The position numbers and the translations under genes are program-made. DNA of 64,000 nucleotides from contig LPNZ01010514.1 in NCBI GenBank assembly GCA_001655205.1, positions 25,100 through 89,099 of the forward strand, read 5' to 3'. This document shows, piece after piece, positions 11,701 to 23,100 of this stretch. The notes beneath the pieces are model-generated. The model was not told the DNA's origin. It made no database searches and saw nothing but the letters and a program-made list of their open reading frames with translations. The first letter of the stretch is position 1. Every line of letters begins with the position of its first letter. The DNA comes from Lenisia limosa. Lineage: Eukaryota; Protista; Breviatea.

Positions 11701-14142
11701 AGAGCAAAACAAAGAGGTCTGTTCAATGTTCAACACTGTCTCAAATCCAACCATAAAAAATATTTCTGAATCAGAAGACCCAATTGACTTTTTCTTAGAG
11801 TAGAAGAACCTGGTAGACTCTACATTGTCAATATAATACAAAGAATTTGAGAAGACTAATCAAACCTTCGATAATCAAAGAAGTGGGGCAAACGAAGAAA
11901 TTCACAACATTTCCAGAGTACTGTGGAATATCCACAATGCCAATGATTGTCTTGCCATCGTTACTCAGGTAAGGCCACTACAGAATTAGCCTATCTTTCT
12001 GATAGTTGCTTCCATGGTAGCAATGCCTCATACCTCAATATCAGAAAATCCAAAGTGTTCTGCAGAAGACACAGAACCTGACATACCAATGGTATTTGTG
12101 ACCATCTCTAAAAAACATAACAAAAAGAGAAAACCTAACCCATCAAAAAAAAGCTTGAATCTCCCATTGTCTGGGTTTTAAAGATGTTCTTTGAACTATG
12201 AGCTGAAACGCGCAAAGGAGGATCTGAAAAGATAAGAGCAAAGTGGCCTTACATGCAAAAAGGGTGGAAGGAACATAGTCAGAATAATCATCAAGAATGC
12301 TGAGCCCCATATGGTAATAGTATACATCTGTTTGGGAACAGTTGACTGTGATTGAGTTTGGCATCGGCAAGAGGGTGTCACAATAGGATGGCAGGGAAGC
12401 AACTTTCTACCATGTAAATTGTGGGTGAAATTGAAAGAAACTACCACTGGTGTTGTGATCATAGCAGTATTAGCAGCACTGATATCTAAAGTTCCATTGT
12501 AGTTTGTTCCAATAACAATCAATTCATGGGCATCTGCAGGGTTAAAATGTCACAACATTGAAGTCATACTAGTGATGATACCAATTCGGTTGTCTTCAGT
12601 AACCGTGAAGCTAATTGCTTCATAGCTGGAAAAACTCTCCTTTAAAAAGTGACAACACAAAAATTCCCACCATCCTGAGAAGAGTGTCAGTTGATGATAC
12701 TCCGAACCCAGCCAGACGCGAGCGTTGACAGTTACAATACAGCATGCCATCTAAGCAGATTAATGTACAAAGACTATCTAACATACACAGTTAAAGATTT
12801 AGTCTCCTACCTGACTTAAGTACATAAAGAGTCTCTCCGAATATTTCAACCTGAGTGTGTTGGAAAACGTTCAGTAGGAATTGACTGCTTACCTGAACAA
12901 CGTTTTCTGCTAAGAGTGTCGGGTTAATTTGTTCTGCTCCTGAGTTGAATGGTGCCTCTCCAGAATAGAACAGCGTTTTAGAATCTGAAAAGGATAATAA
13001 AATGGAAATTGTACCTTACCAATGAAGAAGAGGTTTTTTATGGAGTTTGAATAAACTTCTTTTCTGTTTACATTTATGGTGGAAGCTACTTCCTCAACGA
13101 TAAGTGTCAAGTTAGGCTGAGCTCCTACACTTAGTCAAGAAGGAATCAGGACAGGTCATCAACAATCTCACTTACTCACCAATTCCGAAACGACCAGGGT
13201 TAAGTCCACTAAAATATGGTTTAGTTTCGATACCTAAAGGACAACAATAAATAAAAAAAAGTACTGGGGAGACAAACCTAGCCAAAGAGCAATGCCTCCC
13301 TCAAAGAGCTTGAAATCCGTCACAATATCAAGCGGAGTACTGGTAAAAGTGTTGATAGTATTGGTTGAAGAAGTCTATAATGTGAAACCCAATATTGAAT
13401 CCTATTGCCTACATAAACTGCCACTGATTGGGGTTTTCCTTTGAAATATAGAAAGTTATCGACTAGGGAATGAAATACAAAAGAGTGAACAAACCAGTAA
13501 TGGCAAAGACGGGATAGTCACCCATGATAGCCTGGGTTTTAAATATTGAACCAGGTAGCGCTGGAAGATAAGTATTGTCCGTAACAATTCTGGACCCTTT
13601 GCATCCCACGGTTTGCGAACTCCACGCTGCCAAAGAACTCATTTGCAATCGCGGTTTCCTCCGCACTCCCAATATCGTGGTGGACAATACTAAATAAACT
13701 GGCTAAACTCGTCAAATATGATCCGTATCCGATTTGAAAAACATATCACTAACAATTTGTCTCGATAAAAGCATCAGCATAACGAACATAAGTGATGTCT
13801 TCGTACAGGCCAACTGACCGCACTTTGTTTACCCTGAAAAATGAGACGAAAAAGGAACACTATTTAGTCCACTTACTTGGCTGAATCTAGCGCATATTGA
13901 GACAGTCCAAAAACATTTCCACTGTTCCGGCCATATGCTCCAAGTTCACGAGAAGTTGCTGCAGCACATGCCGCAACTGTTATTGAATTGTAAATGTGGT
14001 TCACTTGTGTATCATATCATATCAAGTCAGCAATCATATCTTATTATCTCATATTGATCTCATACTCTTGATTAACTTAGATTCTCTTCTTACCTATCAT
14101 TAACACTGCATAGAGATGAGTGAGGAGTTTGACTCGGTGCAT
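5785..14142 (-). CDS. Giant secreted/membrane protein: signal peptide, RCC1-like blades, long beta-rich ectodomain, Cys-rich TNFR/ephrin-receptor-like repeats, multi-pass C-terminus
   Basis: Start MHRVKLLTHLYAVLMIVAACAA then LGAYGRNSGNVFG. Cys repeats CVPCPKGTYSSGETCTKCP, CTACPENTQAPISGAVSIEACTC, CADGYVGHLCNSCKDGWYR. Hydrophobic helices FAVFGIVFYVVGVPLAVSLVV, LLLRLLTVVVALTVFG, IFVLIVLASNVVFTAMILL. 3' end uncertain (TAA at 5785, or a further exon near 5637-5690); many internal exons only partly resolved. Confidence 0.75.
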
Positions 14143-14531
14143 TTAAGCTTATATCAATAACACTGAATTTAATCTATAATACTCTTATAAATAATATAAT
14201 TCTTCAATTAACTACCATTTCCTTTAAATTTAAAAATCATATAAAGGTCTAGTGAGGATATACATCCCCCCAGGTATCATTTCGCTTCCCTGGACGCCGG
14301 CGGGTTATTCTCGGAAAATTAGTCCCTCTCCCCTGGCCCATCTCTCTCACCTCTCACCATAGAGAAAGATATTTGGAAAGGAGAATAAAGGAATTAAGAG
14401 AAGAAGCAGAAAGCTTGCTGCAGTGTTGTGTCAGGACTACTTCAGTAATATATGACGCAACTTTCGTAGCCAAGTCCCAGTCCCACAGTGCTCTTATTCC
14501 CTCCCTTAGAAGCAAATTTTAAAGAAAGAAA

Positions 14532-16974
14532 ATGAAGAAGCTAATTGTATTAGCAGCAGGAGGATCCGTTGTTGGCCTTTCGCTTCTTTTCAATGCCAAT
14601 CTTCAAGAACATAAGCAATTCTATTTGGCTGCTGTGCATGTTTGGACATCCCAAATGGGTATTTTTGTAGGAGTTTGGATATATACTTATCTTTTAGCTG
14701 TTCACAGTTGCGGTAGCATCATTCCTATTTGCACTTTACAAGTTGATATCTTATCTTCTGTTCGGAACACTCAAATCTTTGGAAGTTGAGGTTTGTGGGT
14801 AAATTCCTTTTAAATAATGACCCTTTAGGTCATCCAAGACCAAATGAAGTACTCCATCATCGATACTGTCCTGGCACTCTCAATGTTCTCGTAAGAGTGT
14901 TGAACAATAGCTGGGTGGTTGAGGGTTTCACATGCTAATTACGTTCAGTGACGACCTTACGAACCCATTCTTCTTGCTACAACTCCAACTTTTGATGCAG
15001 TGTCGTTGTCTCGGATGGACTTTTAGATCACGAGTCGAATATGTACGATGTCATCATGGTTATGGCTTTTTTCTTTATCTCAGAGCAGAGAGCAGTTTTT
15101 GATATTGAGTCATCTGTTTAGTTTGACTGGATGCCAATGCACGGCCGTTGGAAACTGGTAAAGACCTTTATTCCTGGGGTTTGCACTTTTCTCCTCTCTG
15201 CTGGAATTGCGCTGACATATGGACTCCATGTGACTGGCTCACCAAGTTATGTTACCATGTTCCTCTTTGAGGTATTTGTGGGTGTACTTTATGTTCCTCT
15301 TGTTTCATTTATTTGTCTCATGATTCAAGTTCGTTCTTTTGGCGGTCGGAATGGTCTCCCAAATGAGTAAACTTTCGCTCTTTTCCATTGACGCAATAAA
15401 GGATAATTCATGGAGATCGAAGGTGAGCCTGCTTTCATTCATCCTTTTCTTTCTTATTTTTCTTATTTGGACTTCCCTATGTTTTGGAAAAAACTCTTTT
15501 GTTTTTTGGAATGAATGAAGCACATTACAATACTATTGGTTATTGTTGTTCACACCTCTAGACGTGGTTTGTGTCACTCAGTGACTTGACGTTTTCTTTC
15601 CATCTTCTGGCGCTTCACCTCTGCTACTTTGCTGTCCTCTACTCCTTCGGTCTTATGCCAATTCATTTGGTTCAGAGGACTTTCGGCGCTTTCTTGTTTG
15701 CCAAATAACTTATTTCTCCTGGTTGCTCTTCCATTTGACTTTTTAAGGAACTTTATGAGAATGCTGACAACTTTCATCCAGTACAACAGAGCCCTTATGT
15801 TCCTCAAGAAAAAGTGGGAAAGCAATGTAATTATAAAAAATTAATAAATCTTAGATAAATAGCGGTATGAGTTCACCCAACCATTTAGGATGATTTATTT
15901 TGTTCCAGCACTCACACTTATGTATTTGATGGGCTAAGAATTATATAATTTCCCCTCCAAATTCATTCTTAGATTCCCATTGGTAGCGGCGGAGGAGCTG
16001 GATGGTGAACCTTGTATTATCTGTCGAGATGACAATGACACATCGTCTCGCCGCCTTCCCTGTGGTCATGTCCTTCATACCACATGTCTGCAAATGTGGC
16101 TCGAAAAACAACAGGTCAGTGACTCAATTGTATCACCCAATACGACTTTCTATTTGCTTAGTAATGTCATATCCCTTAGCTTCAACTAATTGCTCTAGTC
16201 ATGTCCTCTTTGTCGTCGCTCGGTGTTCTCTGCCCCCATTCCACGAACCCCCTCACCTCACCAAGAACCAACTCATCCCGTCAGTCCTCCAGTTGTGCCG
16301 CCTCCCCCCGAAGTGACTGAAGTTCCCGTGGCTCATCCAGCCCCATCAAACACGCAGGTTGAAGGAGAAGTGAGTGTCTATTTGAAGTGTCTTGGTTCTC
16401 ATTTCCTTTCAGACTGAGGAGGTTTCGCACCCATCCGTACAAGAACAGCCAGAACCGCTGAGACCTCCCGTCCCTCTTCCTCCTTCAGGTTGCACAATTG
16501 ATTGTTTCTCGTCAATTATTGAACAATATTAAATGAGTTAAGTTTAACAACTATGGCAATTGATACGCTCACACAGCAGACTCTTCTCCAGCCGTCTCTG
16601 AGCCAGCCTCTCCTAAACCTTCGCTCTCCGAGCTCCGACAACTCCGAGCCTTGCGAATGCAATCTTCTCCCTCCCAGCCAGTTCCATCTGAAGAGCCCGG
16701 TCTTAGTTAGTGGATTATTGTGACAACTGCCTTGGTTTCTTGGAGTCTTACGCATCCCCCAGGTACACTTTCATCGATTTCGGGTCAGGACACATCCGTT
16801 AGAGCGCCGACGGCGTCGCCTTCTGGCTCCATGCTGGTGTTGGCACATCGTCTCGGAAGTGCGTGTGGAGCAGCAAGCTCAATGTTGGCAATGGCTGCCG
16901 AGGAGGATAAGGAAGCTCTGCATGTGATGTTGAGGGACCACGTGACTTCGATACAGGAGCTTATCGATAATTAA
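14532..16974 (+). CDS. SYVN1: HRD1/synoviolin-type ERAD RING-H2 E3 ubiquitin ligase
   Basis: N-terminus MKKLIVLAAGGSVVGLSLLFNANLQEHKQFYLAAVHVW resembles the HRD1 first helix; further TM segments; RING-H2 CIICRDD..RRLPCGHVLHTTCLQMWLEKQQ/SCPLCR split by an intron; Pro-rich tail. Confidence 0.85.
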
Positions 16975-17126
16975 TCCGTCTCCTCTGTTTCTTTTGTTTT
17001 TTCTGCTATATATTTATTTTCTTGTTTCGCTTTTTAAACTGGTCTGAGGGTTTTTTGCCACTGTAAAGGGAAACTAAATAAATAGGAAGTAAATACCTCG
17101 AAATCAGTATAAAACGTGAAAAGAAA

Positions 17127-20100
17127 CTACTCATCCACCAAAAGGATTGCCTGCTCATCAGCGAACTTTACCCAGGCCTTCTTTCCCACTGCATATCCAG
17201 CCTTATGCGCCCGTAAACGCAACGTGCTGAGCGTAATCGGTAGAAATGTCACCGCTGCTACAAAGAGAGTGTCATCATTTCTGGGGGGGGGGGGTGNNNN
17301 NNNNNNNNNNNNNNNNNNNNNNNNNNNNNNNNNNNNNNNNNNNNNNNNNNNNNNNNNNNNNNNNNNNNNNNNNNNNNNNNNCTAGCAATTATACTATTTT
17401 AATGGTTACCATGAATTGAGACCTACTTTAAGAATTTGACCAAGACTTTGCGATCCTCATCACTGAGCTCGCCATGCACCCCCACGCGCTTGAGCGGTAC
17501 CTTCGCATATCAAAGAAAACGCAGAATATTGTGCTGCGTATCTCAATAGTGGTAGTTTTACCTTAGTCTTGGGAAGCTTGGGAAGAGTTCTTCGCTGTGT
17601 TGCTGGAGCTTCATCCTGCTGCCTCAAATTTGGATCTTTTCTAAGTGTTCTGTTAGAAAAGGAGATGAAGATGCAATACACTGAAATATTGTGATAAATA
17701 ACGTGAAATCGCTCATCATACCTGCCTTCTAGAGCGGCCTGTGCGGATTTGCCTAAAGAGAATAAACCCTTCTCAAGAAGGTATGGATGGGGCAAATGAG
17801 AAAAGTAAGGAGTGTTCTTTATCCAATTTGTGAGCTGAATCATAATTTTTCTCCTTTCCTTCTCCTTTACTTGGTCTTAGAAAACTGGTACAGTGTTTAT
17901 CTTGTCCATAGTTAACTCATAGATGCAAAGAGAAACTTCAATCCACCCTCGCAAACCGTAAACGGCATCCCAAATCTTTGGAAGGAGTTCCAGGGCTTGC
18001 TCGCGGCTCTCGTAATGGATACCGTACCTGAAACCGTGAATTTCAGAAATAAAACCGTAGCATGACAAATATTGGCTCATCTGTAAACGGGGTGACAGTG
18101 TCTGTTGTTAAAAAAATAGAAAGTGATAAAGTGGTATTGTTATGAACAAAACTTAAAATATTTTTCAAATACAAACACATTTTTATAGAGTCATTTGGCT
18201 AAGATATTTTTCACTCGGTGGCGCACCTTTGCAGCTGAAACTTCAGGTCCTTGTCGTTGAGACCGGCGTAGTCAGGCATCGTTCCGGCCTCCAGGTTGCC
18301 TGCCACTTCCAGCACAAGTTCGTCAACAACCTGCGGCACGGGTTCCTGAAGGGTCACAATGGCTTCATAACCAGGCAAATACACGCATCTCACTTTATTG
18401 CGCTGCCTTTTTGCCCGTTGTTTTGGTGAATCTGGGGGTACCTGGTGTGTCAAATCAGAGTGAGTCGGACAACTATCAACAGCTTGACTTCCAAACCATC
18501 TCATATTATATCATATTCATTTCATGATTTCAGCGAAGATTCACAAAATGACTCCTCCCACCTCCAAGTCATTATAAAATGGTTTGTCGTTCTTTAGAGC
18601 ATTTCTGTTCCTCCCCGTCATTCCTCGAAGTGTAAACACAGGTCTCCCGCCTCTTCCTCGGCCCCTCACACGGACCCAGTTTTTCTTTTCCGCCTCCTTG
18701 GCCGGTTTCTTCCGGGGTTCCTTTGGTGGCCGTCCCCGTCCGCGTCCTCGCACCCGGGTACCCCACCGGGTTTTCGGCATTGTTGCCCCTAGCGTGGGCG
18801 ATATGCTTCCGGACAACGACAAATCACTTGCAACAGAGCTGTTTCTCTCGTTTTGGCTCAAGTTGTCTTGGCTCGGATTGTAAGTCATCAGTGCGTCTTG
18901 TTGGCCGAAGCCTTGGGAGAAAGTCGGGATGGGATCGAATGGTGAATGTCTTGGGGAGGTATGGGGTGAAGATTGGTTTGGAGAAGAGAGCTGAGAGAAG
19001 GGCCGAGCCGACTCCGGCGGCGGCGATAGAGACAACTCCGGGGTACTGTTATCATGACAGGGGCTCCTCCGCCGTAACGGTAGGACATTTGGCTTTTTTA
19101 GAAGAACTATCGAGCCATCACTTGAAATTGCTGCAGCAATCTCATCGCTTTCCGACAGCTCTTGGCTACTCGGATCTGGATAATCCTTTTTCTTTTTGGT
19201 CTTCTTCCGAGGCTGGGCCTTTTTGCCGACAGCCACATCACTGAAATCGGAGTCGGAATCCGAACAACTGCCCACGACGCCGTATTTGATTAAACCCGTG
19301 ATCCGTACTTGGTTGTCACTCGACTCGGGAGTATCCGGCGGCGGAATATGCTGGGGGGACGCGGGGGTGGGGTACTGTTCTGGTGTACGGGCTGGATCAT
19401 CAAGATCGTGTTGGGAATGGAAGGTTGTGGTGTTAAACGGATCTTGAGATCCAAAGGGAGACTGTAATGGGGACTGGCTAATGTTAATCTTAATAGTTGC
19501 CCGGGTGCCCAGGGGGAGTGGGGAGGCTTTTAGACTTCCTTGGGACACGTCATCGAATCGGTCACTGTCGTCATCAAAAATTGGGTCACGTGACCGTTGG
19601 CGTCTCTTCAGAACCGACGCGGGAGTCTTGGCGATGATGGTGAACTGAATGGGATCATCTGTTGTATCAAACGCTCTGTCATCGAGTCTACGAATTGGCG
19701 GAGTGGACGGCCTGTGTGCGTTAATACTATGCCAAATGACAACGGGTTAGGGTAGGCTGAAGCTGAAGCTGAACGTTTACAAAAGATATTGTATGTTGTA
19801 TATTATATGATATAATCGATATATTAAATGTATAATATTCACTCAATTGTCATAATATCCACTGAGTGAGCATTATGAACTACCAACCCATACCAACATT
19901 TGGTCAGGATCATTTTCTTCCAGCATCAATTGAGTTGCAGCACCCATATGATCCCTTAAGGCATAGGCGTAATTCCGGCCAGTACTGGTCGGCAGGTCCG
20001 GAAGATGGATGGCGGAAGAGTCCACACCGCTCTCCTCCATATCCTCGTCTAGTTCCTCGTCTGGTGTTTCTAGGAGGAAGGTGAAGAACTGCTGATAATT

Positions 20101-23100
20101 TCACGTTGTCCATAAAGATGTTATGCATGCAAATCATATGAGTATAAACGACTCTATTACATGTACATGTATATGATATATATATAATATATAATATAGT
20201 ATAGTATATATCATATATAATATATCATATTAAACATACATATCATGCAATACATTTACATATTATATAATGATATTATATGACAAAATTATGATAAAGT
20301 ACTAATTATGTATATATCTAGTACATATATCATATGATATCTAGTAGTCTGATTCTAAACAAGTCCGGTAATATAATCACCTACAAAGGTGTCAGAGTGG
20401 AAAACAACCTTCCAACCTGGGCTGCTTTCTGGAGAAATGTGGGGTGAGAAGCAGGGTGAGGCAAATTCCTTTGATGACTTTGAACGGTCATCATCACTTG
20501 ACAACGATATCACGCCTTCTTCCTCCTCCTGATAGTCAACATTGGGAATATACAGTGTGCCTTGTTAAAAAAAAAAGATGCTATTTTTATATGATCATAT
20601 TAGTATTATAAAATAATATGTTATTGTAAATAGCTTACCTTGCTCTCTATAGGTTCAGGTGAAGCAAGTCTCTCTTGTTTGATATTAATAACTCTCTTCA
20701 AAGCCTCAGCATCAAATCCGTCATTTTCGTTAAGGTGGTCATCATGATCGCTTTGATCACTTTGATCTGGCTCATTACCGCTATCGGAGCCCGTAGTACT
20801 CGGGTCCAACGGCGGAATCTGAGGGTTGTGCATAGCCAGGGTTGGCGTGGGCGGAAGGGTCATGTGGGGAACAGGTGAGAAGTTGGCGTTGGGACGCGCA
20901 TTTGGCGTAACGTGCACAATTCGGACACGGGTTGGTGTGTAGAGCACAGTTTTATTGCTGGAAAATGGGAGATATCTGGACCCAGCCAGAGCTGGGATGG
21001 AAGGCTCCCTTAAAGGAGTTCGGCTTGCTGGGGGGGACTTGCTCACTAAACTGGGGGGAGGTGCTATCTAGGAGGATGAGAGTCATTATGTAGTACAATA
21101 TAAAATAATATGATACAACTCTTCTTATTGAGAAGATACGTACCCTTATGGTCAGAAGAAATCGAAGAAACAAACCTGGCTTGGAGCAAGGTTCGGACGA
21201 GGGAGAGGGTATGAGACACCAGGGAGGTCCGGGTCCTCTTGGAACTAAACACATTACATCATGACACGTCCAAGGGTCTAGTTACACCATAAGAGGAAGA
21301 GGCTCACCTTGCAAAGAAGCTGTGTGAAGTGTCGTGTTGTCTCAGCCTCAAAGTGCTTTTGATACCTGGATATTAGAAAATAAAGAAAATATAGCAATTC
21401 TTATTATCAACAACTTGGCCAAGCTCACTTCTCAGGATATGAAAGAAGACGCTTGAAGAGTATCCAAGATGCCCGAACTGCCGGCGTAACGTCGTCTTTA
21501 GTTCCAGTCTCTTTTGGGGTAACTTCTCTTTTGTGAGGCGGAGACACAGCTTCAGATGGCACCAAAGGGCCGACAGAATGGTTTTCATCAGACGCTTCAG
21601 GGATTATTTGGTCGTCATTATCCTGTGTCTCAATTAGAAGCAAGCTGTCTTCAACAGCAGTCGGAATAGGTTGTGACGAAGGGGCTGATGGTGGCTTTGC
21701 TGAAATAACCGGTGACGGGGAAATGATAAGTTCCACATCCGAGCCCTCTGAAATGCTACTCTCATGACGATCTTGATGGTTCGTGTCATTGTCAGGAGGG
21801 CTATTGGGAGTTTCAAAGGGGTCTGCACCAATTTCCTCCGAACTATCGCCTGAACCAGATAACGCACCAGTATCAATTTCTTCTGCTAACTCTCCACCAA
21901 TTACAGGAGAACTTTCGCGTGAACATTCTAGGATTTGTGGGGCTGGCAAGCATGTCATTTTCGGAGAAGGTTGCACGGTTGGCTCAGAGGGAGGCTCGAG
22001 TTGAAGGCTCGGATAGGAGTTTTCAGAGTCCCGGTCCGGGCTGAGTTCGATGATGTCATCATCAGGAGGATTACTTTGGGCCTTGAGGGGAGACAAAGAA
22101 GACCGCACTACTTCAGAATGGAGTGATAGGTTTTGATCCAATGATCGCTTTTCGGAGTGGGGTGACATATCAACAACGACTCCAGTTGGTAGACCCCCGG
22201 ATGATTTGGATTTTATTAACTTGTATTGGGGGGACACTGGGGGGGAGGGCGGGACGGAAGAAACATTTGGGAATGAGGAGATGATATTCTCGGGTTGGGG
22301 TGAGTCATAGGAGGATGGAATTTGGTCTGGCAGTGCAAGAGATGATGGGACCTGGGAAGGTGAGAGCTGTGTCTCAATTTGACTATCAACTCGTACCCCG
22401 GTTCGCCGTGGGAAATAACTTGGGCTTCGTGCATACCCTGGGACTTTGGAGGGTGACATGACGACGGGTTTGGTATTGCGAGAGCGAGCAGCAAGCTTGA
22501 CCAGTTCGTTACCGTTAGATCTCTGTTCAGTGCCAGCGGAATCGACAGTGGCAGCGACGGCGCGGTTGAGGAAGTTGTTGCTGGTCTTCATGGCAACGAC
22601 CTTGTCCTCAGCTTCGTTTACTTGCAGTTTCTGCGTTGACGTGTGCTGCTTTTGTGAATTGAGGAATGCGCTTCTCCGGGATTGTCTCAGTTCCTCATTT
22701 TTCTTCCGCTTCAGTTTGTACCTGCACGTTATTCGATAGTCATGGTGAATGTTTTTATGAAGATATGAAAAAAAAGGGAAAGAAGAATCAGACAAAGATG
22801 GAACCCACTTTTCATCAATGGCCGACTTGAGAGCAATATGAGCAGGATGTGGGGTGGTTAAGACCGTTTCAATGTCAACCGGCTTGCCCTAATATGTCAC
22901 CATAGATAAAAAGAAAGAGCCAAATACAGTTGACACTATGAATAACTCAAAGAGTAGAGCCCAGCTCCCACTGCCCACCTCCTTGACCATGGTGTCGATA
23001 TTACTCTGCACGCGAGCTTGGTCCATTCTAAACGCCGCGTCGATGTTAAGTCCGAGGTCCTCCTTCAAGTGTCGCGGGGTAATGGCGTTTCCCCTCAGAT

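Noticed and set aside
18572-22739. Several 60-170 aa plus-strand ORFs
   Set aside because: Antisense shadows of long GC-richer SLX4 exons with no recognisable motifs.
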